Positions 42,961 to 52,250 of a stretch of DNA of 64,000 bases are shown piece by piece (the first letter of the stretch is position 1; each line of letters opens with the position of its first letter). Source of the stretch: an uncultured Arcobacter sp. Its GTDB lineage: Bacteria; Campylobacterota; Campylobacteria; Campylobacterales; Arcobacteraceae. The notes beneath the pieces are model-generated. The model ran no database searches. It saw only the letters and a program-made list of their open reading frames with translations, and was not told the DNA's origin. The stretch lies in NCBI GenBank assembly GCA_965140705.1, contig OZ223302.1, forward strand, positions 160,001-224,000, written 5' to 3'. The position numbers and the translations under genes were made by a program.

Positions 42961-44121
42961 ATGACAAAACAATTATTGCCCCTAGCCCTAGGTGGTCTTG
43001 CTATTGGTACGACAGAATTTGCAATTATGGGATTATTACCAGATGTTGCAAATGACTTAAATATAAGCATTCCAGTTGCAGGACACTTAATCTCTACTTA
43101 TGCTCTAGGAGTAGTTATTGGAGCACCAATATTAGTAGCTTTAAGTGCAAAGTTTCCTGCTAAAAACATCTTAATAGCTTTTATGATTCTATTTACATTT
43201 TTCAACTTCCTATCTGCCATTGCACCTAATTATTCCACACTTTTAGTCTCAAGATTTTTTAGTGGCTTACCCCATGGTGCTTTTTTTGGTGTGGGAACAG
43301 TTGTTGCTGCAAAACTTGCCCAAAAAGGAAAATCAGCACAAGCGATTGCAGTAATGTTTACGGGGCTTACCATTGCAAATGTTGCTATGGTTCCCCTTAC
43401 TACATATCTAGGTCATACTTTTAGTTGGAGATTTGCTTTTGCTATAGTTTCTCTAATTGGGTTAATAACAATCTTCTCTTTGTACAAAAACCTTCCAAAA
43501 CAAAAAGAGATAAAAACTATTACACTAAAAGAAGAATTGCAATTTTTCAAGACAATCAAAGCTTGGCATATATTAGCCATAGTTGCAACTGGATTTGGTG
43601 GATTGTTTGCATGGATTAGTTATATTGCTCCTTTATTAATTTATGTTACAAATTTTGAAGAAAGTAGTGTTTCGTATATGATGATCGTGGCCGGTCTTGG
43701 AATGTTAGTTGGAAATATTGTAGGAGGATATTTAGCAGACAAAAGAAATCCTATAAAAGTAGCAATCTTCCTTTTATCAATGATGGTTTTATCTTTGGTA
43801 TTAGTATTTTTCCTATCTGAATATAAGTTTGCAACTGTTATTCTTACATTTTTATGCGGAGCTTTTGCTATGTCAATTGGGGCACCTATTAATATCATCA
43901 TGTTAGATAGTGCAAAACATTCAGCCATGCTTGGAGCTGCATTTTTACAAGCCGCTTTTAATGTAGCTAATTCTTTAGGTGCATTTTTAGGTGGTATTCC
44001 ATTATTTTTAGGATTAAACTATAATTATCCTGCTCTAAGTGGTGCATTTATGGCTTTATTAGGGGTTGGACTATGTTTATATTTCCTAAAAAGATATAAA
44101 ATTGAAGGAAAAGTAGAATGA
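42961..44121 (+). CDS. MFS transporter, AraJ/DHA1-like (start probably ATG 42961)
   Basis: LAIGTTEF.IMGLLP, RFFSGLPHGAFFG, about 12 TM. Confidence 0.9.
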   Translation: MTKQLLPLALGGLAIGTTEFAIMGLLPDVANDLNISIPVAGHLISTYALGVVIGAPILVALSAKFPAKNILIAFMILFTFFNFLSAIAPNYSTLLVSRFFSGLPHGAFFGVGTVVAAKLAQKGKSAQAIAVMFTGLTIANVAMVPLTTYLGHTFSWRFAFAIVSLIGLITIFSLYKNLPKQKEIKTITLKEELQFFKTIKAWHILAIVATGFGGLFAWISYIAPLLIYVTNFEESSVSYMMIVAGLGMLVGNIVGGYLADKRNPIKVAIFLLSMMVLSLVLVFFLSEYKFATVILTFLCGAFAMSIGAPINIIMLDSAKHSAMLGAAFLQAAFNVANSLGAFLGGIPLFLGLNYNYPALSGAFMALLGVGLCLYFLKRYKIEGKVE

Positions 44122-44873
44122 AAATACTTGGCCATAATATTATAGGTAGTGGCAAAAAATATATCTTAGTCCTACATGAACTAATGGGAGACCATAGCAA
44201 TTTTGACCCAATCTTACCATATATTGATACTACAAATTTCACCTACATTTTCATAGACCATAGAGGATATGGTTTATCAAAAGATATATTAGGAGAATAT
44301 ACTTGTGATGAAGCAGCAAATGATGTAAAAAACCTCATCACAAAACTAAATTTAAAAGAAGTAAATCTTCTAGCCCACTCTATGTCTACAATGATAGCTC
44401 AAAAAGTAGCCCTAATAGATGATAGAGTAAAACAACTAATTCTAATCACTCCAATTTCAGCTGCTGGCATAAAGATGAAACCCCAAGCCCAAGCAAAACT
44501 GATTGCAAGTATGAAAAAAAATGAAAACTTCATTGAATATGTAGTTGAAAGTGCAAGTAATAGATACAATCAACCATGGAAAGATTATAGAATCAAAATG
44601 GGATATGAAGCTTCAACTTTAGAAGCTAGAACTGGTTATATGATTATGTATCTCACAACTGATTTTATAGATAAAGTGAAAGATATAAAGATACCAATAA
44701 AAATAATGGTAGGTCATCATGATTTACCTGCTTTTCATAAAAACAATGTGAGAAAACAGTTTGAAGAGTATTATAATGATTTTGAGATAATAGAGTGCAT
44801 GGAAGCAGGACACTATCCAATGATAGAGTGTCCTGTTTATTTCTCAACTGAAATAGAGAGGTTTTGTAAATAG
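44118..44873 (+). CDS. Alpha/beta-fold hydrolase
   Basis: DHRGYG, AHSMS nucleophile elbow, GHYPM. Confidence 0.85.
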   Translation: MKILGHNIIGSGKKYILVLHELMGDHSNFDPILPYIDTTNFTYIFIDHRGYGLSKDILGEYTCDEAANDVKNLITKLNLKEVNLLAHSMSTMIAQKVALIDDRVKQLILITPISAAGIKMKPQAQAKLIASMKKNENFIEYVVESASNRYNQPWKDYRIKMGYEASTLEARTGYMIMYLTTDFIDKVKDIKIPIKIMVGHHDLPAFHKNNVRKQFEEYYNDFEIIECMEAGHYPMIECPVYFSTEIERFCK

Positions 44874-44878
44874 GTTTG

Positions 44879-45417
44879 CTCTTGAAGAACAAGTTCTTCG
44901 CTTTCTCACTTTTTAATTGTAAAAAGTAAGACAAAAAGCAACCAGACGAATTGATGAAGGCACAGCTATCCTACAGTTATATATTTGTTTTCTGCCCTGT
45001 AAAACTCACTAAAGAGTGCATTTAGCACTCTTCTTAACGTTCAAACAGTTTCGGGCGTAACCGAAAATAAACATCTAACTTCCGGCTTCATCAAAGTCTG
45101 GGAAGAAGGAAAATACAAACTATCATATATAAATTTACTTAAGAAAAATCATGAATCTAAACAATCAAAAATGTAAAAATCAATATCCCATTCCAACATC
45201 TACAGAAGCTGAACGTTTGTTTTCTCTTTTCGAAAAAGGCTTGCAACTGTTTGAGTAAATAAATGTGCTAAATGCACATTTATTTATGAGTTTTGCAAGG
45301 CAGAAAAGATAAAATAATAAGTGAAGGAACCCGAAGGGCTTCGCAGCCGTTGGTGGCTTTTTGTTTTACTTTTTGCCACCAAAAAGTAAAGAAGCGAAGA
45401 CTACAAGTCTTCAAGAG
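44879..45417. repeat. Structured non-coding element, copy B (inverted relative to copy A)
   Basis: Ends CTCTTGAAGA / TCTTCAAGAG; fills the gap between two convergent stop codons. Confidence 0.85.
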
Positions 45418-45424
45418 AAAAGAA

Positions 45425-46081
45425 CTACCCTTTTATATAACGAATAATTTGTCCATTAAAAGGCTCATCCAAATAATCCTCAGTACCTAACGGTTCACTT
45501 TGACTATGCACATAACCTAATGCCACCATTATTTTAGAAAACTTTGCATGATTTCCTCTACCTGGGTCTACTATAATTATCTCACAAGACTCATTTGTAT
45601 GTTCATTTAAAAATCTACTTAAATCCTCTAGGTGAAACTGTTCATATAAAATATCACTTGCTATTATTAAATCAAATTTTCCTAAGGTATCATCATCATT
45701 TGCCCAGTTTGCACATTCGAAGGGGATTGTTTTTCCTTGATTTATTCTTGTGTTCTCTATCAAAAATTTTTGAACTTCTGGGTTAAAATCTGTTGTTGTT
45801 ATATTTGCATTTCTATGATTTAATACCAAACTTGAAAGAGCTATTCCGCACCCTACTTCTAGGATTCTTTTATCTTTGATATTATAGTTATTCATTAAAG
45901 TTGCTAAAATTTTAGATGAGGGCCAAAGAACTCCAAATAGTGACCAGTTGGCAGATGATATTCCTATAGTAGGATTTAAATCACACTCTTCGTCGTATTG
46001 TTGTGTATCTTTTAAAGTTCGGACATGTATATCCATAGTATCAAACTCTATTGTTTGATATGTGTATCGTAGTTTTGGCAT
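45425..46081 (-). CDS. Class I SAM methyltransferase (Methyltransf_16-like)
   Basis: GVLWPSS, LEVGCG, IIASDILY. Confidence 0.85.
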   Translation of the reverse strand: MPKLRYTYQTIEFDTMDIHVRTLKDTQQYDEECDLNPTIGISSANWSLFGVLWPSSKILATLMNNYNIKDKRILEVGCGIALSSLVLNHRNANITTTDFNPEVQKFLIENTRINQGKTIPFECANWANDDDTLGKFDLIIASDILYEQFHLEDLSRFLNEHTNESCEIIIVDPGRGNHAKFSKIMVALGYVHSQSEPLGTEDYLDEPFNGQIIRYIKG

Positions 46082-46138
46082 AAGAACCTTTCAAGGTTCA
46101 GTATACTCTTTATTTAGAGTATCTGAACTAAAAAAGTT

Positions 46139-47020
46139 CTATGATTCTAAAATCGCTTTTAAGCTTTTTACTGTAAAAAGTTTAACACCCTCGCTCTTTA
46201 GTGCTTTTACTTCATTTGTAAAACCGCTTTTTGAAAATAATAAAACATAATCAGGAACTATCTCTAACTTTTCACAAAGCTCTTTTAGTCTTGTAAGTTC
46301 TGTTTTTTTTACCTTATTATTTGTATATTTGCAAGAACCTACAATAATCTTCCCAGATTCTGTTTCTGCTACAAGATTTATCTCATCGTTTTCATCCCAG
46401 TATCTTCCAATCTCTTCAATTGAATCATCTTTAAAAAGCTCTTTTACATACTCATGACTTAGTTGTTCAAAGATTAGTTGCATAAATTCTGCATTGTAGT
46501 TATTAAATCTCTCAAAGAACTCTTTATATTCAGTTCTTGCAATTCCCCTATAAAGTGGAGATACAAAGGCAAACCAAAATCTTAAAAATGGAGCATTGAA
46601 TAATAACTTATCAGCTACATCATTATCTTCAAATTTATTTGTAATATGGTCAATAGATGTTTCAGTACTTATTATCTCTAACTCTTCTAAATCATATAAA
46701 GCTTTAATACCTTCAGCATACTCTACATCAGCACGTTTAAATGCACTATTAACTCTTCTATCACCTAAGGCAATACCAGTTAGCACTTTATAATATGGCA
46801 AAGAGTTTTTAGTAAGTTTAGAAATATACTCTTGCAAGTCATAATATTCATCTAATATATGTCTCTCTATTAGCTTACCAAGAGGTTTTGTTGTATCGAT
46901 TTTTATATCAAGTCCACCAAATATAGCAAAATAGTTTAATGCAGTTTCCATATCTTTTGGGTTGTTTTGTTTACAGAAATATTGAAATTGTTCCAATATT
47001 GTTTTAGTATTAAGTATAAT
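46139..47020 (-). CDS. DUF234-domain protein (PD-(D/E)XK-like C-terminus); start ATT 47020 or TTG 46996
   Basis: FLRFWFAFV, FEQL, RYWD..EI, GSCKY, LFSKSGF. Confidence 0.7.
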   Translation of the reverse strand: MILNTKTILEQFQYFCKQNNPKDMETALNYFAIFGGLDIKIDTTKPLGKLIERHILDEYYDLQEYISKLTKNSLPYYKVLTGIALGDRRVNSAFKRADVEYAEGIKALYDLEELEIISTETSIDHITNKFEDNDVADKLLFNAPFLRFWFAFVSPLYRGIARTEYKEFFERFNNYNAEFMQLIFEQLSHEYVKELFKDDSIEEIGRYWDENDEINLVAETESGKIIVGSCKYTNNKVKKTELTRLKELCEKLEIVPDYVLLFSKSGFTNEVKALKSEGVKLFTVKSLKAILES

Positions 47021-47074
47021 AATAAAGCCTTTTATTGTTTTTGGGATTATAACATAAATCAGATATAATACCTT

Positions 47075-48052
47075 ATGAATATCAAATTTGCCACTTTCAA
47101 TCTATTTCAATTTACAGCCCCTCCTTTTTCTTGGTACTTCAAAAAAGACAAATTTACAAAAGAACAATGGGAACAAAAAGTATCTTGGATAAAAGAACAA
47201 ATCAAACTTTTAGACGCTGATATTATTGGTTTTCAAGAAGTATTTTCAATAGAAGAGTTAAAAGAACTTTGTAAAGAGCTAGGCTATGAATACTTTTTAA
47301 GTGTAGATAAGCCAAAGATAAATAAACAAAATCCAACTATTTATAAAACTACAGTTTTAGCACTTGCTTCTAGGTTTCCAATTATCTCAAATAAAAATGT
47401 TAGATATGATTTAGCAAGTATAAAAAAGCACAACTTTAAAGATAAATTTGCTTTTTCAAGGGTTCCAATAAAAGCCATAATAGAACTACCAAACAAGACA
47501 AAAATAGCTGTTTATGTAAATCATCTCAAATCAAATAGACTTAATGAGTTTGAATATATCTTTAAAGAAGGTACTCCTTTAAAAGAGAAAATTGAAAAAA
47601 CAAAAGTTGCTTTAGAAAATGACTTTTCAAGTGCATTAAAACAAAGATTAATAGAAGCCTCTTCCCTTTATATGGATATAAAAGAGTCTAAAATACCTAC
47701 AATATTTTTATGTGATTTAAATGACAAAGAATTTTCTATGACAATTGATGCTTTGACAAACAAAGCCTATCATGAAGAGTTAGAAGAAGATGAATATATA
47801 CTTTTTGATTCATATTATCATTGTGAAAAAGAGATTTATAATCCCCATCCAGAACAAAAAGAGATAAAAAGAACTCCTACAAGTTATTATTTTTCAGATG
47901 AAAATGTGATTGATTTTATTTTTGTATCAGAGCAGTTGAAAGATAAAATAGTCTCATATAAAGTATTTGATGAACACTTACAAAAAAATAGAAATGGCAC
48001 TCTACTTGAAAGTGACCATGCTCAAGTTGTATGTGAAATAGATATTGATTAG
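47075..48052 (+). CDS. Endonuclease/exonuclease/phosphatase family protein
   Basis: ATFN, GFQEV, NHLKS, CDLND, IDFIF, SDH. Confidence 0.9.
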   Translation: MNIKFATFNLFQFTAPPFSWYFKKDKFTKEQWEQKVSWIKEQIKLLDADIIGFQEVFSIEELKELCKELGYEYFLSVDKPKINKQNPTIYKTTVLALASRFPIISNKNVRYDLASIKKHNFKDKFAFSRVPIKAIIELPNKTKIAVYVNHLKSNRLNEFEYIFKEGTPLKEKIEKTKVALENDFSSALKQRLIEASSLYMDIKESKIPTIFLCDLNDKEFSMTIDALTNKAYHEELEEDEYILFDSYYHCEKEIYNPHPEQKEIKRTPTSYYFSDENVIDFIFVSEQLKDKIVSYKVFDEHLQKNRNGTLLESDHAQVVCEIDID

Positions 48053-48678
48053 ATTTTTTCTAAAGCTAACTTAATCCCAAAACTAATAAAAAGAACTCCT
48101 ACTATTTTTTTGATAAATTTCTCAAAAAATTTATTAAAAGATAGTTTAGAGCTACCTTTTATTGCAAAATAAGCAATTATAATATTAACAATTGTTCCAA
48201 AAATAATAAAAATTAAACCTAAAATCAATAAGGCTAAACTTTTAGTTTCACTATTCACATCTACAAACTGAGGTAAAAATGTGACAAAAAATATGGCAAT
48301 CTTAGGATTTAAAGCATTTATTAATACACCTTTTATAAAAGTTTCTTTTATACTTTTTTTATCTAACTTCTCTTTTATCTCTAATTTTTTATCTTTTTTT
48401 ATAAGCATCATCAAACCTAAATATATAAGATAAATAGAACCTAAATATTTGACAATTAGAAAAGCTGTTGGGGAGTTTTGTAAAAGTGTACTTAATCCAA
48501 GTACAGCCAAAAGTACATGAAATAAACAACCCGTACTTATACCAAAGGTTGCAATAATACCAGCTTTTAAACCCTTTTGAAAACTATTTGTCAAGATATA
48601 TAACATATCAGAACCAGGTGTTATATTTAGAAGTAATCCTGCAATTATAAAAAGATATAAATCTGTAATACCATACAT
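48049..48678 (-). CDS. LysE/RhtB family exporter
   Basis: ITPGSD, NALNPK..IFF..FLPQF. Confidence 0.9.
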   Translation of the reverse strand: MYGITDLYLFIIAGLLLNITPGSDMLYILTNSFQKGLKAGIIATFGISTGCLFHVLLAVLGLSTLLQNSPTAFLIVKYLGSIYLIYLGLMMLIKKDKKLEIKEKLDKKSIKETFIKGVLINALNPKIAIFFVTFLPQFVDVNSETKSLALLILGLIFIIFGTIVNIIIAYFAIKGSSKLSFNKFFEKFIKKIVGVLFISFGIKLALEKI

Positions 48679-48694
48679 TATCTTTCCTAAATTT

Positions 48695-49138
48695 TTAAAT
48701 TTTTTGTAAAAACATATTTAAAGAACTTGCAAACTTTTGTACATCTTTTTTATTAAAAGGAGCTGGGCCTTTTGTCATCTCTCCTGCATCTCTTATACTT
48801 TGCATCAAGTTTCTTATGGCTAAATATTGTTTGATATTATCATCTGTATAGGTTTCACCTCTATGATCGATAGCATGGGCTTCTTTTTCTATTACTCTAG
48901 AAGCTAGTGGAATATCAGCAGTTATGACCAAATCACCTTTTGAAACCTCATCTACTATTTTATTATCAGCTTCATCCGCTCCCAAATCCACAACAATATA
49001 TTTCACATATTTTGATTTTCCAATATCTATTTTCTTATTTGCAAAAACTAAAGTCTCCAAGCCTTTTTTTTCAATGGCTCTTAAAACTATGGGTTTAAGC
49101 ATATTAGGAAAAGCATCTCCATCTATAAAAAGTTTCAC
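48695..49138 (-). CDS. YaiI/YqxD (DUF188) protein
   Basis: IDGDA.P, DEAD, VITADIPLA. Confidence 0.9.
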   Translation of the reverse strand: MKLFIDGDAFPNMLKPIVLRAIEKKGLETLVFANKKIDIGKSKYVKYIVVDLGADEADNKIVDEVSKGDLVITADIPLASRVIEKEAHAIDHRGETYTDDNIKQYLAIRNLMQSIRDAGEMTKGPAPFNKKDVQKFASSLNMFLQKI

Positions 49139-49332
49139 TATAAAATCTCTTGCACTCGTCCAACTTGACCATCTTGTAGTCTTACTTTTATACCATGGGG
49201 ATGAGTAGGAGAATTTGTCAAAATATTTTTCACTATCCCTTGGGTTAGATTTCCCGTTCTTTGGTCTTGTTTTAAAACTATATTTACCTTTGCTCCAATT
49301 TTTACATCAAAACGTTTTTTACCATCTGCCAT
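49138..49332 (-). CDS. YwbE (DUF2196) protein; start ATG 49332
   Basis: IVLKQDQRTG.LT.G, HPHGIKVRL.DGQVGRV. Confidence 0.85.
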   Translation of the reverse strand: MADGKKRFDVKIGAKVNIVLKQDQRTGNLTQGIVKNILTNSPTHPHGIKVRLQDGQVGRVQEIL

Positions 49333-49436
49333 TTTTTTCCTTTTATTTATTTTGTAGTATATCAAAATCTTATAAAACTATTTATTTATATATTTCAGGC
49401 TATTATTCTAAAGATATCTATAAAAGAGAGATTTAA

Positions 49437-50222
49437 ATGGAAATATTTGTATTAAAAGCTATTACCGTTATTGCTTTAGTTTTAAGTCTGACAGTAATTG
49501 CTGAAAAAGTTAGTCCAAAACTCTCTGGTATACTCTCAGGTCTTCCCCTTGGTAGTTCTATTACTTTAATATTTTTTGCTATAGAGTATGGAGTAAATTA
49601 TGTAAAAGAGACTGCTTTATACAACATACATGGAGTTTTTGCAGCCTTGGCTTTTTCTATTGGTTATTATATTAGTACCTTTTATACTGGAAAGTTTGAG
49701 ATAATATTAAGTTTGATTATCTCTTTTATTTCATATTTAATAATTGCCTTTATCTTATCTTTTATTCCTCCACATGTAATTTTCACCCCACTAATTATCT
49801 TTACACTTCTAATCATTAGTGCCATATATTTCTCAAAAAAAGAAGATCATAAAATTGTAAAAATATCAAAAGTCTCAATCTATGATTTAGCAATAAGAAG
49901 TATACTTACCTTAATCATTTTCCTAATAATTTCAAATCTACCTAAATATGTTCCAGCAAGTATTGCAGGTATCTTTTCATCATTTCCAACTATTCTATTA
50001 CCTTTACTTTTGATAATACATTTCAATCATAGTAATTTACAAGCAAGAACCATCATAAAAAATACTCCATTTGGACTTACTAGTGTTATTATTTATTCTT
50101 ATGTGGTTTATTTTGCATATCCAACTATTGGAGTTGTGTGGGGAACTATAGTTGGTCTTTGTAGTTCTGCTTTATTGATATTTATTCAAACAAAGGTATT
50201 TAAGTATTTTAAATTTATTTAG
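49437..50222 (+). CDS. Uncharacterised polytopic membrane protein with two similar halves
   Basis: About 8 TM; GILSGLP and GIFSSFP duplicated motif. Confidence 0.7.
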   Translation: MEIFVLKAITVIALVLSLTVIAEKVSPKLSGILSGLPLGSSITLIFFAIEYGVNYVKETALYNIHGVFAALAFSIGYYISTFYTGKFEIILSLIISFISYLIIAFILSFIPPHVIFTPLIIFTLLIISAIYFSKKEDHKIVKISKVSIYDLAIRSILTLIIFLIISNLPKYVPASIAGIFSSFPTILLPLLLIIHFNHSNLQARTIIKNTPFGLTSVIIYSYVVYFAYPTIGVVWGTIVGLCSSALLIFIQTKVFKYFKFI

Positions 50223-51294
50223 CTTTATTTGAATTTGGAATAAAATACATAACAGTTTCATATATGCCTTCCATATAATGTCTTAGATAAATATCATACT
50301 CACTTTCTATATCCAAGACTAATTGGGGAACGTTATACCAGTCTTCAGCCTTATGATATATACAAATTGCAAGTATTGGCTTATATTTCTTTATCGTCTC
50401 TTTAGCACCTCTTATTGTATCTTGTTCTGCACCTTCGATATCTAATTTTATATAATCAACTTTTTCGCTTATGAGATTATCCAAGCTATTTATATTTGTG
50501 GCTTGATAATCATGGGCACAATTATTTTGCAACTCTTCTTTTATATCAGATGATATTTTTTCTCTACCTAGTCCACAATTTATAAACTCAATATTATCAA
50601 TATCTCCAAAATCTCTTTTTGCTATATTTATATGTAAAGTATTTGGTTCGATACAATATATCTTTTCAAAATCTGGATAGTTTTTAATAATCTCTTTTAA
50701 TGTATCCCCAACATACCCACCACCATCTACAAATCTTATATTTTTTATTTCTGGAATTATCTCTTTATCAAAATATTGTTTTTCATGGTCATTTGTAAAG
50801 CCTTGCATAAACTCTAAGTCATAAGATATTTTAAAATTAATTATCTTTTCAAATATCTCTTTTGATTTATCATCTGCTAAAAGATTGTAACTCTTTTCAT
50901 ACTCGTTTCTTTTTTTTATAAAGTCCTCTTTAAAATCATCTATAAAAGGAGGACTTATTAATTGTAAATCACTATATTTACAAAGGGATAGATAATTTAT
51001 ATTTTTAAAGCCCATCTTATCAAGAGAATTTTTTACTTCAAGGGGACTTCCACTTGAAGTTGATAATATCAAAGCATCTTTTGGAACATCTTCTATTTTT
51101 AGAACTGTTTTTTTTCGAGAACTTTGTACTCTTGTAAAATCATCAATTATCCCATCTACTTCTATATCTTTTAATACTGATTTTGTAAGTTTGTTTATAC
51201 CTAGAATATATTTTTTAGTAGTTTTAGAGAAGACAAAGAGTTCAACTAACTCTTTGTCTTTTTGATTTATGTAATCTAGTTCAATTAGATTGAT
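50215..51294 (-). CDS. FkbM-family methyltransferase; probable ATC start at 51294
   Basis: VDGGGYVGD, IEPN, IKLDIEGAE, ICIYH; frame stays open 75 codons upstream of TTG 51072, up to an AAGGA RBS. Confidence 0.8.
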   Translation of the reverse strand: MNLIELDYINQKDKELVELFVFSKTTKKYILGINKLTKSVLKDIEVDGIIDDFTRVQSSRKKTVLKIEDVPKDALILSTSSGSPLEVKNSLDKMGFKNINYLSLCKYSDLQLISPPFIDDFKEDFIKKRNEYEKSYNLLADDKSKEIFEKIINFKISYDLEFMQGFTNDHEKQYFDKEIIPEIKNIRFVDGGGYVGDTLKEIIKNYPDFEKIYCIEPNTLHINIAKRDFGDIDNIEFINCGLGREKISSDIKEELQNNCAHDYQATNINSLDNLISEKVDYIKLDIEGAEQDTIRGAKETIKKYKPILAICIYHKAEDWYNVPQLVLDIESEYDIYLRHYMEGIYETVMYFIPNSNKAK

Positions 51295-51332
51295 GATTTA
51301 TCCTTTTTCATTTAAAGGATTATATCATCATA

Positions 51333-52250
51333 TTATTTTAGTAAATCTTTGTTAGCACTCTCATGACCTAAATATTCATGTGCCAAATAAGAACTTCTAG
51401 CATATGGAGTTGAGTGTACAAATTCAAATCCTAAATCCATAGCAAGTTCTTTATATCTTGCGAATTGTTCTGGTTTTACATACTCAATTACTTTTGCATA
51501 ATCTCCACTTGGTGCTAAGTATTGTCCAATACTTAAAAATTTACAGCCAACAGCAACAAGGTCTTTAAATACTTGTACCATCTCTTCTTCTGTTTCACCC
51601 AATCCTACCATAAGAGCTGATTTAGTTTTGATTTTATCTCCACCTAGCTCTTTTAGTCTTTTTAATACTTCAAGTGATCTTTCATATGAAGCATTTTTTC
51701 TGATTTTATAAAATCTTGGTACTGTTTCAATATTGTGTCCAATAATAACAGCTCCAGAATCAACAACAGTTTGTAGTGATTCTTCTTTTGCTTTAAAATC
51801 AGGTATTAAAATCTCAACTTGAGTTCCTGGACATTTTTCTAAAATATCTTTTGTCACTCTATAAAATTGTTGTGCTCCACCATCAGGTAAATCATCTCTA
51901 GCAGGACTAGTTATAACCACAAATTTAAGTCCAAGATGTTTTACAGAAGTCGTAACTTTTTGTATCTCAGATAAATCAACTTCTGTTGGAAGTCCAGTTT
52001 TTACATTACAGTATGAACATCTTCTTGTACAAATATCACCAAGAATTAAAAATGTTGCATTTTTCTTAGCAAAACATTCACTTATATTTGGACATTTAGC
52101 TTCTTGACAAATTGTATGTAATCCACCCACATCTTTTAAAAGAGACTCCATCTCTTTTTGTGCACTTGGTGTTAATCTTTTTCTTAACCATTCTGGTTTT
52201 TTGAAATTTGCTTTTTTCTCAGCAAATTCCATATTAGTTGGCATAGTCAT
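51333..52250 (-). CDS. lipA: Lipoyl synthase
   Basis: CQEAKCPNISEC, CTRRCSYC, RSSY. Confidence 0.95.
   Translation of the reverse strand: MTMPTNMEFAEKKANFKKPEWLRKRLTPSAQKEMESLLKDVGGLHTICQEAKCPNISECFAKKNATFLILGDICTRRCSYCNVKTGLPTEVDLSEIQKVTTSVKHLGLKFVVITSPARDDLPDGGAQQFYRVTKDILEKCPGTQVEILIPDFKAKEESLQTVVDSGAVIIGHNIETVPRFYKIRKNASYERSLEVLKRLKELGGDKIKTKSALMVGLGETEEEMVQVFKDLVAVGCKFLSIGQYLAPSGDYAKVIEYVKPEQFARYKELAMDLGFEFVHSTPYARSSYLAHEYLGHESANKDLLK

Noticed and set aside
44665..45490. ORFs 44665-44934 (-) and 45293-45490 (+)
   Set aside because: They overlap real genes and the structured element, have no motifs, and are not preserved in copy A.
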